DNA of 64,000 nucleotides from Rhizophagus irregularis (Eukaryota), in NCBI RefSeq assembly GCF_026210795.1, contig NC_089432.1:3534001-3598000 (forward strand). Reading direction: 5' to 3'. How positions within the stretch are numbered: the stretch's first letter is position 1; each line of letters begins with the position of its first letter. The notes beneath the pieces were generated by a model that was given only the letters and a program-made list of their open reading frames with translations, was not told the origin of the DNA and made no database searches. Positions 37,849-49,975 of this stretch are shown here, piece by piece. The translations under genes and the position numbers were made by a program.

Positions 37849-39942
37849 CTAACTATTCCTAAATAATAAATTATCTGTTAGTATGTAAAAAAAAAAGTAT
37901 AGATGAAAAAAAAAATACCTGATATCTGGATCAAAATATGCATATTCAATATTTTTTTCTGATAAAATTAAACCATCCTTACATATACAACATGCTTTAC
38001 ATTTACAATCAATATATTGTAATTTAATTTCCCCACCTTTCTGATACAAAAAAATTGGACCAAGATTAGTTTTTTCAGTAGAATATAAACTGATATATTT
38101 TGTATTTAAATTAATTAAACAATTTTTAGTAATATTTAAATTAAACCTGAACCTGGTGTAAAATTTTTTTTTCTCAAATGTTTGATTGCCAAAAGCATTT
38201 GAAATGTGATAATTTGATATAATCAGTATGTAAAAAGTAAATTCGGGTAAATTGACATAATGTCCTTTTTTTACACAATAAGAGAAAGTACATGCTCCAA
38301 TTTTATCTTTTTCTTGAGCGTTAAAAAAATGATGCCCAATAACGAGAGAATTATTTGAAGAATCTAATTTACTTAATACAGGAATTCCTAAACAAGGTGG
38401 AAATTTCCCAATTAGAGGATTATATTCAAAATTTAATAAATCTCTCTCAAATACAGTTGGATTACTTAATGTATTAAAATCTTTTTTTAGAACTTTTAAT
38501 TGAGCATTAAAATCTGAGAGTATAAAATTTAAGTCCGTATAATCAGTATAATACCCAATCACCATCCAGCCAATTTTCAATTTGTATCTACGTTTTTTAA
38601 ATTTCTTCTTCTGAATACAATGAATTAAAAGACTTGGTTTACTATTCGGTGGACAATAAACTTGCCAGGTAAAAAAATCATCTTTTGATCCTGTTATATC
38701 ATTTATAGTTGCAAAGACATTACAATCTGCATCCTTATTTTGAATCATTTTTGAAATATTTAATGGCATATTTTTTAATTCAAAAATATTTGGTCTTCCA
38801 AATTCCTCTAATTTATAATCAAATTCTTCAAATTTTAAGTGATGAATTCTTTTTCCAACCAATTCAATAACTCTTTTACGTAAATCAGCAGGTAAAAGTT
38901 CAAAAATACTAACAGGATTTTGAAATTCTATGCAATCCCAATTTCTATAATCTTTTAAAGATTTAATCCAAGCTTTTTCATCAAAATTTTCAATACTATC
39001 GGGCTGTTCTCCTCCAATTAAATTTTTACATTTAGATTTATAGTTATTTGAAATTCCTATTGAATTATCATAAGTGTTTGTTAATTCAGCCTTTATAACA
39101 GATGCTTTTGCATTCAGAGAAACTTTGTCATGATCTTCTTCATTATGTTTTGTTGACATAATAATACCATCTAGGTAAGCTTTTCCACCCATAATAATTT
39201 CAGTTGGAATGAATTGGCCAAATTTTTCAGTAACTTGCTGAAGATTTCTAGCATCCTCAAAGTCAACGGCTTCCTTCACTGCTTCAACAAATTCTGGAGA
39301 TGCTTCTAAATATTCTCTAAATTTCAATGTTACTTTTTTATATATTGTATAATAACAAGTAGTATTAGTTTCAGATTTGAATTTTTCATTCTTTGATGTT
39401 CCAATTGACATCCCTAATTCTACAAATTTCTTTACATCACTAATATTAATATTAAAAAATAAATTAGTTTTCATAAATCGATCTTGTTCCGAATTAAATT
39501 CAACTTCCCCATTTAAACAACCTCCAGCATCAAATTCGGCCAATTCACAATTTTTCATTATAGATGCCCTTTTTTCTGCTTTCTTAATTCCATTAAAAGT
39601 CATTGTACATCCAAATTCCAATTTACGTAAATTATTCAAAAATTTCCAATTAGGTTTTGAACAAAATTTTAAGTATAAAATATTTCCACTTTTATCTATA
39701 ATTTCATTTAAAAGGAATTCATCTTCTTTTTTAAATGGTATTTCAATAAATCTTTCTTCTCTTTTTTTTGAAAATAACAATGTATTATTAATAATATTAT
39801 CATTATCATTTTCTAGTTTTTTACGAATTTTTGATAAATTATCTGTAAGATTTAAATCAACTAATTGTGATGACTTAGTATCTAAATTTTGTACTTCTAC
39901 TTTAACATTACTGGAGAAAATATTCTTAAGATTGAAGCTCAT
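37849..39942 (-). CDS. Ubiquitin-like N-terminus + MACPF-like domain + C-terminal beta-rich domain protein (probable 60-nt intron 37859-37918)
   Basis: 697-aa ORF. FGQFIPTEIIMGG fits the MACPF signature spacing; the AWIKSL..W..IEFQNPVSIFELLP end motif follows. The N-terminal ~90 aa show a beta-grasp-like pattern (VKVEV..LNLTDNLSKIRKKL..ILYLK). Confidence 0.75.
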   Translation of the reverse strand: MSFNLKNIFSSNVKVEVQNLDTKSSQLVDLNLTDNLSKIRKKLENDNDNIINNTLLFSKKREERFIEIPFKKEDEFLLNEIIDKSGNILYLKFCSKPNWKFLNNLRKLEFGCTMTFNGIKKAEKRASIMKNCELAEFDAGGCLNGEVEFNSEQDRFMKTNLFFNINISDVKKFVELGMSIGTSKNEKFKSETNTTCYYTIYKKVTLKFREYLEASPEFVEAVKEAVDFEDARNLQQVTEKFGQFIPTEIIMGGKAYLDGIIMSTKHNEEDHDKVSLNAKASVIKAELTNTYDNSIGISNNYKSKCKNLIGGEQPDSIENFDEKAWIKSLKDYRNWDCIEFQNPVSIFELLPADLRKRVIELVGKRIHHLKFEEFDYKLEEFGRPNIFELKNMPLNISKMIQNKDADCNVFATINDITGSKDDFFTWQVYCPPNSKPSLLIHCIQKKKFKKRRYKLKIGWMVIGYYTDYTDLNFILSDFNAQLKVLKKDFNTLSNPTVFERDLLNFEYNPLIGKFPPCLGIPVLSKLDSSNNSLVIGHHFFNAQEKDKIGACTFSYCVKKGHYVNLPEFTFYILIISNYHISNAFGNQTFEKKKFYTRFRFNLNITKNCLINLNTKYISLYSTEKTNLGPIFLYQKGGEIKLQYIDCKCKACCICKDGLILSEKNIEYAYFDPDIRYFFFHLYFFFYILTDNLLFRNS

Positions 39943-41088
39943 TTTAGATTGATTTTGTTTGTTGTCATGACATTGAATAAATTAAAAAAATGTGTAATCA
40001 AATAAATATTCGCCAAGTTTAGCGAGAAACACAAAGTTTACGAAACTGGTAAAAGATAATTCGCTGCTTTTATAAGGATTTTGTACAACTAAGTGTAATA
40101 CAATGTTAGAGATTGAACAATCAACCAAGGTTAGTAATTTAGTGATCATATATCTACCAAAAAAATCAATAATTTCATAATTTCTGATCCAATAAATATT
40201 TTATCTTTTAATAATATTACAGTAGTTTTATACAATTAATGTGATGTTACAGATTATAGTGAAAAAGTAAAATAAAAAAAGAAACCCGATAAAAAATAAT
40301 ATCTATTTTTGAAAAAAAAAAGCAATGAAAAAAAAATAATAATAATAATTATGTATTATATATACTGTATGAAAAAGAAAACGAGATAAAAAAAGAATTT
40401 TTTTTTTGTTTGTATTAAAACGATGAATCTAAAAGATATTAGAAATAATTGTTTTTTGCCGTAATAAACGTAATAAAGAAAAAGGAATTTCATAAAAATT
40501 AATCTTAGAAATTAAAAACTAAAAGCGGAGATACAAATACATTATTCGATAAAATTGAGTGAAGAACATGAAATCTGTAAACTTTTTTTAATCTTTGATA
40601 TCTGATATTGTCTATTTTTTTGTTGTTGAATGAAAAAAAGAAGAAAATCTATTAATACAAGAAAAAAATAAGATATTTTTAAAGAAAATAATTTCGTAAA
40701 TAAATAAAATAAATTACAACTTAGCAATAATTTTGCTAAAAAGGAACCCATAAATAATATTATATAACACAAATATATATATTACATATATATTCCCGCG
40801 TTTTTTAATCGGTTATAGTTCCAATCAGAAGATTTTTGTTAGTGGATGTGGATGTTGGTACTTAAGGTAAGTCGGTAGAAGCAGCATACCGAATGCGCCA
40901 AAGTATCCAGAAGCAATCATCACATAGGATCCTCGGACAAGGAGCTCGTGGTACTCGTGGTACTCGACGTATGATGTTTGAGAGGAGGCTTAGATCGATG
41001 AATTATTGATTTCATCAATGGATGAAGGAATGATTCTATAAGAATTGAAAATTGAATATAAGCAGTCTTGTCATTACTGTCAACAATA

Positions 41089-41289
41089 CAGTCAACCCTC
41101 CTTATAACGAAGAATTCTTTTTTCTATTATTATTATTTTTAATTATTTTTTCTAAATTATTATTTTTTTTCTTTTTTCTTTTTACTTTTTTTTCTCTTTT
41201 TTTAATTATAATAACCGTATCAATTAACAAAACTGATTATAATAAATTCGTTACATCCGAAATTCTTTCGTTATAACGAGAATTGACTG
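41089..41289. mobile_element. pogo/Tigger-like MITE in the kinesin 3' region
   Basis: TA|CAGTCAACCCTCCTTATAACGAAGAATT ... AATTCTTTCGTTATAACGAGAATTGACTG|CA; the right TA TSD appears mutated. Confidence 0.75.
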
Positions 41290-41302
41290 CATAAGTACAG
41301 TC

Positions 41303-44300
41303 CTAAAAGCACATAAACTTGCTTTTCTTGGCCATAAGCTCTTCCATTCGAGATTCGAGTTGCCTTCGTGCCTTTTCGGCGCTTTCCTTGGCTTTCCGTT
41401 CTTCTTCCAATATTGTTTCGATATCCTTTTTTTCTTGATATACTGATGTTCTTGCATATTCGAATTGTGCCGTAGTTTCGTCTAATTGAGATCGAAGAGT
41501 TTTTGTTTGTTCAATAAGTTCTGTTTTTTCCCTTTGTAAAATATGTAACTGTTGCTTGGCTACTCGAAGGTTTATTTCGTTTTCATCCAGAGAAGTCTCC
41601 AAAGTTTCAACAAGTCGTTTATTTTGTATATTTTCACCTTCAATTTTGGCCATTTTTCTATGGAGTTTTTGGATTTCTGTCGTAAGGTCACCCGTTGGAG
41701 TAACATTACCACAATCATTTGATCCGTTTCTTGAATGTGGCGGTCGGGGTATTCCCGGTGTTGGCGGTAAAGGTTGATATGGTGGTGGTGTAGGTGGTAA
41801 AGGTTGATTTGGTGGTGGCGTTGGTGGTGGTGATTTTACCAAATTAGCGGCTGCAACAATATTTGGACGTATTGATTTGTTAGATGACGTTGACATAATC
41901 GATAAGTTTGATAATCGAACACCTGTAGGGCCTGAAGTTCCTGTAGGTCCATCATGCTCGTTAATTGAAATTGCTCCAAAGGATGGACGACGTTTAGTTT
42001 CGGTTTCTACTCTACGTTCAAGGTCACTAATCTTATCTTGTAAAATCTTGATAAGATTATTTTGTTGAGAAATGGTACTTTCTTGTCTTTGTAATTTAGA
42101 TTTTATAGAATTATTTACATCTGATTTTGGAGTATTCTGAGCTTTTGAATTTATAGAATCAAAAGGTGTTCCGTTTGATATTTGTGACCTTAATTCACTT
42201 ATTTCTTTTTCAAGTTGTTCATTTATGTTCAATAATTTTGAAATCTCATTTTCCATTTCTTGATTATCTATTAACGATTGTTGTTTCAGACAGTTATGTT
42301 CATAGTCAAGTGAAATTAATTTATTATTCAATTCTGCAAGTTGAGTTGCTGTCTTATTTCCACCACGTCCAGCTGATTGTAATTGTTTCACCAAAGATTC
42401 AACCTTTTGATCAAGTTTTTTACATTCTTCTTTGAATGCATTATTAGCTTGCTCTAACCCTTCTTTTTCCGCCTCAATCTCGGTAATTTTTTCTTTCAAT
42501 ACTTCAACTGTAGCTCCATTAAGAGAATCCTTAGAGTTATTTAGTTCCTTTTCTAAATTTTTTATGTCACGCCCTAAAGTAGCTACGTGATCTTCTGCTG
42601 AGGTTAATTTTGCGCGAAGATTATCATTAATTTGACGTAAATTTTCATTTGCAATAGCAAGTTTTGAAAGTGTAGAATCAGATGATGATCCATATGCGTC
42701 AAAACTATCTGTCAAAGAATCGTTACTTTTATGTGAAGAAAGTGTTCTGTTATGTTTTTGACTTTCTTCGAGTGCCTTTTCCAATTCGACAATACGATTA
42801 TTTTGATCTTTGGAAGCCATATCAAAATCTTCATATTTAGTAGCAGTTTCTACAAAATCTTCAGTTATACTTTCGTAACTTTTTTGATAATGTTCCATTT
42901 GTTTTGCAAGATCAGCATTAATATTTAATTGATCCTTTTTATCAGTTTCAAGTTGTTTGGTAATCTTTTCTAACTCTTCAACTCGATCGCGATATGTTTT
43001 AGTTTCATTGTGAGAATTCTTAAGTTGATTTGCAAGATCTTCAACTACGTTATCACCAGAATTACTATAATTTTTTATCATTGCTTCCTTTTGTGTATCG
43101 CTAAGCTCATTTTGTAATTTTTTGCATTGTGATTTAAGTGTTTCAATTTCTACATTGGCATTATTAAGTTTTGAAGATTCGAAATTACGATTACTTTCTG
43201 CTGCTTTAAGTTGTTCTTCCAAAGTTTTTATTAACTTTATGTGTTTTTCATCCGATTTTTTGACAGACTCTAATTCAGAATTAACTTTTGCCATTGTCCC
43301 TTGTAATTTTTCCAAATTTTCTTGTTTATCTTTTAAAGAGGTCTCTAATTTCTTAACCAATTCTTCTTGCATGGATTTAGCGAATTTGGCTTCCTCCAAT
43401 TGTGCAGTCAATAAAACAATAGAACCAATACTCGTAGTTGCACTTGTGGGTTCTATAGATGCCAATTTTAACTCTAATTCCTTTACTAATTCACTTTGTT
43501 TAGCGGCAGTCTTTTTAGCAGCTTCCAATTCAGATGATGATGGACGTTCTAATAATCTTGTTTCTAATTCATAAAGTCGTGTATGAAGCTCTTTAACATG
43601 CTTAGCTTCAGAATTAGCAGACATTTTTGCATTTTCAAGATCTTTTCGTGTCTTTTGAAGAGCGGCCTCTAATTCAGAAATAAAAGAATCTTTAGATATA
43701 AGCATTTTATCTCTTATAAACAAAGTAGTATTGGCATCTTTTAATTTTTCTTCTAACTCTCGAGCCATTTCAATATGCATTTCTTCCGAAGCTTTGGCTT
43801 CACCAAATAAAGTTCCAACAGATGCAAGTTTCTTTCCAAGACTTGTTATTGTTTCTTGATCCAACTTTGAAGAATTTTTAACTTCTGCCAATTGATTTTC
43901 CAATTTACTTATAAAGAATTTCAACTTAGAAACTACTTGTTTTTGTGCAATTTCTTTTGTTTCAAGAATTTTTATAAGTTCAGAAACTCGATCAACATGT
44001 TCATCACGTTCTAATTCGAGTGATTTAATCTTATCTTTAAGTTCATTATTAAGAAGTTTGGCATTCGTTAATTCATCAGTTAGAGAACTAGCATCTTTAT
44101 CAACTGATTCAATATCTTTTAACGTTTGAATTTGACTTTCTAATATTTTTATCTTTTTAATTTCATCATCTCTTTGACGTTCTGTACTTTCTAATAATTT
44201 TGATAAATCATCCAATTTTTTCGAATTAACCGAATTTACTTCTTTTGCTCCTGATAATTCCTCCTTAACATTATTTAATTCAGTTTCAAGAGATATTATA

Positions 44301-47300
44301 TATTCTTTTTGTGTATTATATTCTTTTCTTAAATTTTCTAATTCTCTATTTACATTATCTTTTTCTCTAGATATAAGTTCAATTTGAGATTGTGATTGTT
44401 CTATAATACTTTTTTGTACAGATTCGGAATCCTTTAAAGTTATTATTTCATTCTTTAAATCTTGTAATTTAATTGATTCTTTTTCTGATATCTCTAATTT
44501 ATTTTCTAATTCTTTAATAGTATTTTGTAAATCGGATTTTGCATTCTTCAAATCAATAATTTCATTTTTCAACAAGGTAACTTTTTCATCTTTTTGAAGT
44601 TGTTTTAATCGATTTTCAAGTGTAACTATCTTATTACGTTGTATTGCATCTTGTTCACGTAAATTTTCGATTTCTTTATTTAAGAAATTAACTTGTTGTG
44701 AATCAATAAAAGTAGTAGTTGAACATACTTCATTAAGAAGATTTTCATGATTTTGTATTTGTATATTTTTTCCTAGTGTTTTAGATTTTAATAAATCTAC
44801 TTTACTACGTAAAGTAGCAAAATCATATTCTGATTTACTTAATTTAATTTGAAGTTCTTCAATCTTTAACTTATATTCAGCCTCAGTTTCTTTAGTTAAA
44901 TTTAATTCAGATCTTATATTTATTATATCTTCTTCAACATTATCATTACTTTCTGATAATTGTTTCTCTAATATTATAATTCTTTCTTTTTGAGAAATTT
45001 CAAGTTCTTTTAAACGTCGTAATTCTTGTTTATGTTTTGATTCCTCGGTTTCTAATGATCGTAAATATTCTAATGCTTTAGTTTCTCTTTCTTTAACTTC
45101 TTGAAGTTCCTTTTTCACATCATTAATTTCGGATTGTAAAAATTCATCTATACATTTACTATTTTCTACTTTTTGTAATTGTAATTGAATTTTTAACATT
45201 TGATCTTGCATATTTTCTTCACGATTTTTAACTTCAGAAAGTTGAGCTTTTAACATTAAAGCTTCGGCTTCTTTTTCTCTTAATTTTTGTTGTAAAACTC
45301 CTTTATCAAATAAATCCCTTTTCAATATTTCGATGAGTTCATATTTACGTTTAAGATCTGATTTAAGTGTTTCTAATTGAGATTGTAAAGCAACTACTAA
45401 TTCTTTAACACTATGTAAATTTTCGATAGAATCAGATTTACTTGCAAGTTCTCCTTGTAATGTTATCAATTGAGTTTGAAGTGTTTCTATAGATTTTTGT
45501 GTAGGATCTACAATATGAAGAGCTGAACTTCGAGAAGCTGGAATATGATTTATCTCCTTGGCTTTTGAAAGTTGTAATTCGAGATCTTTGACTTTTTCTT
45601 CCAATACTTTAACATTTTCATCAACATTTTGTTCAAGTTTATCAGATGAATTACCATCTGATATACTATCAGGAGCGGTGATGTTGTTACTAATCATATC
45701 GCTAATTAATTTATTATTCTTCTCTTCAACGACAAGACGATGATGTGCTTGTTTTACTTCCTGAAGTTCACTTTCAAGTTTCCTGATAATATTTAATCGA
45801 TCATCACTTGGAAGAAGTAAAGCTGCTATAGTATGACTTTTAGCTTCAATATCTACTTGAAGTTTTTCAAGTTTCATACGAAGAATTTTAATTTCATTTT
45901 CAGCTTCAGAAAAAGTTCCTAAATTTTCACCGGGTTTTATAAAAACTTTCCCTTCAAGTTTAGAGGCTGTTTCCGCAATTATTTCAAGTCTTTGATTTTC
46001 TTGAATATAATCAAGTTGATCTTCCAATTCTTTAATTCTCATTTGTAATTTGTTAACATTCTCTTCAATAGCTTTATTGTCCGTTATGACTACATCATTA
46101 GTGATATTCTGTTCTTGAATTGCTTGACGAAGTTCATCTCGAAGAATTTGAATATTTGATTCAATCTTTATAATATCTTCTCCCTTATTATTATTTCCTT
46201 TTTCATAATCAGAAATTTTTTCAATCGTTCGTCTTTGTTCTTCCTTAAGGTTTTCAACTTCTTCACGAAGTTTACTTACAATTTCAAGTTCATCAAGTTC
46301 TATCGTAGAAGATGAGTTCGGTTGATCAGAACGATCCGCCGATACAATAGACATAACTTCCAATTGCGCTATAGTATCACGTTTTTTAATTTCTTCACGT
46401 AATTCTTCAACAATCTCAAGAGTTGCACGATGACTCATCTGTAAGCGTGAAAATTCATCTTTAAAAGCATCTAATCCTATCGTCTTGTCTTCATTAAGTG
46501 ATTCAAGTTGTTTTAGCTCCATTTGAAGTTTTTGAACAATTGCAAGATGAGTAAGATCTCTTCTTTCTGAACCTCTAATATCACCTGATAAAGATTTGGA
46601 TTTTCGATGGAGTTCACGCTTCTTTATAGCGGACAACGCATTATCAAAAGGATCTTTGGCAGTCTCTTCAAACCGTAGTTGTTGCGGAAGAGACATGGAA
46701 AAAGTACTTTGAGGTGACATTGGTGTCATAGGCGTTGATGGAGTTGTACATCTGAAATCATCAAACATTTCTGAACTTGTCATTCTTGCTTCATTAAGTT
46801 GTGCCTGAAGTTCACTTATTTCATTAAGACAAGCTTGATACTTGGCTTTTATCTCATCGAATTCTTCAACTGTTTTTACATGAGTTTGTTGTAACTTGAC
46901 CAATTTTTTCTCTAAATCAACAGCTAATAAACGATCTTGTTCATCTTTTAATGATAATCCTTCCATTATTGGTATTGGTGAATAAGGTTTTTCATCTTCA
47001 AAAGTCAATGATGCTATTGACTCTGATCGTTGACGTATAACTTGCTGATTATTTGACTCAAATTCTTGAACTTTCATTCTTCTTAACCTTTCAAGTTCAA
47101 TTATAAGTTTATTCACTCTCTCTTCAAGTTGAATAATTCTACGATCACGTTCATCAATTGCGCCAAGTAACATTTTCTTTTCTTCATCAGTATTTGCTTC
47201 TCTCATTTTGATTTCTAATTCAATATAATCCCTCTCTCTTTGTTGAAGTCGTTTCTCAAGTCGCTCAATCGTTTGATTAAATCTAGTGAGTTGTTCTTCA

Positions 47301-49975
47301 CCCGATGCTAAACGTGATTCTAGATCTTGAATATAACCTTCACTATTAGATCCATTAGATTTCAATCGAGTTACTTCATTCTTTAATTCATTGATTAATT
47401 CTTGATCTTTCTTTTGTTCCTCTGAGAAATCTTCAAGTTTAGATTCAAGATCTTTTATATAACGTTCTGAAGTTTCTTCATGTTCACAATATTGTGCTAT
47501 CTTATTCTTCAAATCGTTTATTAAATTCTTATTTTGTTCATTTATCTGTTCAGCATACTCTAACTTACTTTCTTGATCATGCATTATTGTCTCCGTGTGA
47601 TTTAGAGCAGCACGCACAAGAGCCAATTGACTTTCAAGAGCAGATATTGATTTTTCATATTCTTCAATAACAGGTTCGACTGCTTCTTGAAAACTAGCAG
47701 GATCATGTTTCATAACCTCCTCTCCTTGTAATTGAATATCTTTTTTAACAATTTCACTTGTTTTTATATTATCACCTAATCCATCAAAATTGTCCTGATG
47801 TAACGCAAGTTTAGCGGAAGTTTTTGCATGTATTTGGGACAATTTAGAATATGAACGTTGTAATTCCTCTAATTGTCCTTCTAAATCTTCAAGGTCTTTG
47901 TTCTTAATATTATTGTTTTTAGGATCAATGTTTGTTGTAATAATTGTAAGAGGAGATTTTGGTCGAGCTAATCGACTTGGAGGAGGTGTTGAATCATTAC
48001 TACTATTAGGAGTAATTAATGTTGGAGTATTCCTTCCAGAACTATTATTTGAACCATGATTAATAATATTATTTATTGTATTATTACTAGATAAATTTGA
48101 AGATTTTAAAGATTTGATTTCTGATCTTAATTTTAAGACCATATTTTGTAAATGTTCTATATCATGCCATCCAGCTTCTTCTTGATTAACTGTAGCAATA
48201 TTTTTTATATTACGCGCTCGATTTGCATATTTAAGAGTATTAACAGTTTCATTTAAATTATATTCAGCAGGTGAAGCACAAGCTATCATTAATGTTTGAG
48301 CATTTCCACCTAATGAATCTTGTAGTAACCTAGTAAGTTTAGAATCTCGATATGGAATATGCGTTGTATGTTTTGCTTTGTTTGGATCACCTAAAGCTGA
48401 TATTACATTTCCTAATGCAAGTAAACCAGAATTAATCGATATTCCTTCTTTAGCACGATCGCCTACCGCAGCAGATCTTTTTAGCTATATATGGATACAA
48501 TATTAAAAAAAAAGGTTAAAAAAAAAAAAAAAAAAATTTTTTTTTTAACAAAAATCAAAAATATCATTTTATTTGATCTTAAAAAAAAAATAATGTTAAC
48601 TCACTCTCTCACTTCCAGCCAAATCTACAAAATGAAATTTACTCGTCACTGTAACGAGTTCCCCTTCATCAAATCTTCTACTCTGTCGTAAATTATTCAT
48701 ACTTGATTGTGGTCGAAGTCCGAATTTTGGTTCAAGCATTTTTGATGGAGTACCAGGTCGAGCAGGTGCTTGAGTTGCGGATGTGCCGACATATTTTTGT
48801 TGAATCATTGTAACAGAAAATATAGCATGTGATCGCGAAGATTGTGCATTCATATCAGTTGCACCGACCTGACGATTTGCAGAACCGCGTGCTAAAAATC
48901 TAATATAAAAAAAAATAATAATAAAAATAAAGAATGGGTATGGTTGATTTTTTTTTAAAAAAAAGACAATATTTGATATATTGATAAAAATAAAAAATAA
49001 TCACCCCATAACTTCATCTACACTATTTACTCTCATTTCTTGTAACCCATTCCATATAATATTTCCTTTTGTATCTTCACGAATTGTAACTTGAGGTCTA
49101 CTATCACCAAAACTTTCACCAAGAAGATCAATTAAATCCTCATTATATATTTCAATAAAAGAAACCTTTAAAGAAAATTTCCGCGATTTATAATGAGCAG
49201 AATTCATTGAAGAAAATAAAGTCTGCATTGCGCGAGGGATTATACCCTTTGATTCTGGTGGAATTGAATGACTATCAGCCGTACCCATTGTATGAGTTTT
49301 ACCCGAAGAAGTTTGACCGTAAGCTAAAATTGTTACATTATAACCTATAATAAAAGTAAAAAAAAAAAAATACGAATAATTTATAATTAAAATTCAAATT
49401 ATTTAAAAGTATATTACACGTGAAATTATACGCGCAATTAATCAAGCTACACAAGCTACAATCTTTTCATCACGCTAAATAAGTCGCGTCAACGTGACGT
49501 GATCCGGGTATTTTAAAAAACCTACAAAAACCTAAATTAATTTATTAATCACATACCCTCTAAAAAATTATCTACTAATTTTACTATTGCCTTATCATAT
49601 ACATCTTGTTGTGTTGATTCCGGACCAAATACATAATCGTAACTAAATACTTGTTTCTTATCAGCTTGAACAACAACTTGATTTGGCGCAGAAGTTGTAA
49701 GAACTTGACGTTGAAATCGTGTCGGTAAATTATCTTGAGTTGTGATTGGTCTGATACGAACAACTAAAGAATAAGAATTATAGAATATAAATTAATAATC
49801 GAATAGATCAAACCTAAAATTACAATTTTGAAAAGTGATGATCTCTATCGAAATAATCTTTATTAAGAGGATAATAAACTATTTTTGAGATTTTTTATTA
49901 TTTAAAAATGATTCGGTTAATATACTTACCCACTTGTACTGAAGTCTTTTCTGATCCTCCTCCTGTTGAGGCCAT
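41303..49975 (-). CDS. Kinesin-4 family (KIF4/KIF21/KIF27-like) motor with a very long coiled-coil tail; exons 49975-49930, 49763-49557, 49344-49005, 48899-48605, 48484-41303
   Basis: [27 protein letters not shown] (P-loop), [59 protein letters not shown]; about 2200 aa of coiled coil; all splice junctions in frame. Confidence 0.93.

Noticed and set aside
40790..41000. GC-richer island downstream of the kinesin, possible ncRNA
   Set aside because: No tRNA, snRNA or snoRNA motif or convincing structure seen.
39377..45743. Plus-strand ORFs (39377-39952, 41556-41777, 43122-43574 and others)
   Set aside because: Antisense shadows of the MACPF-like and kinesin genes.
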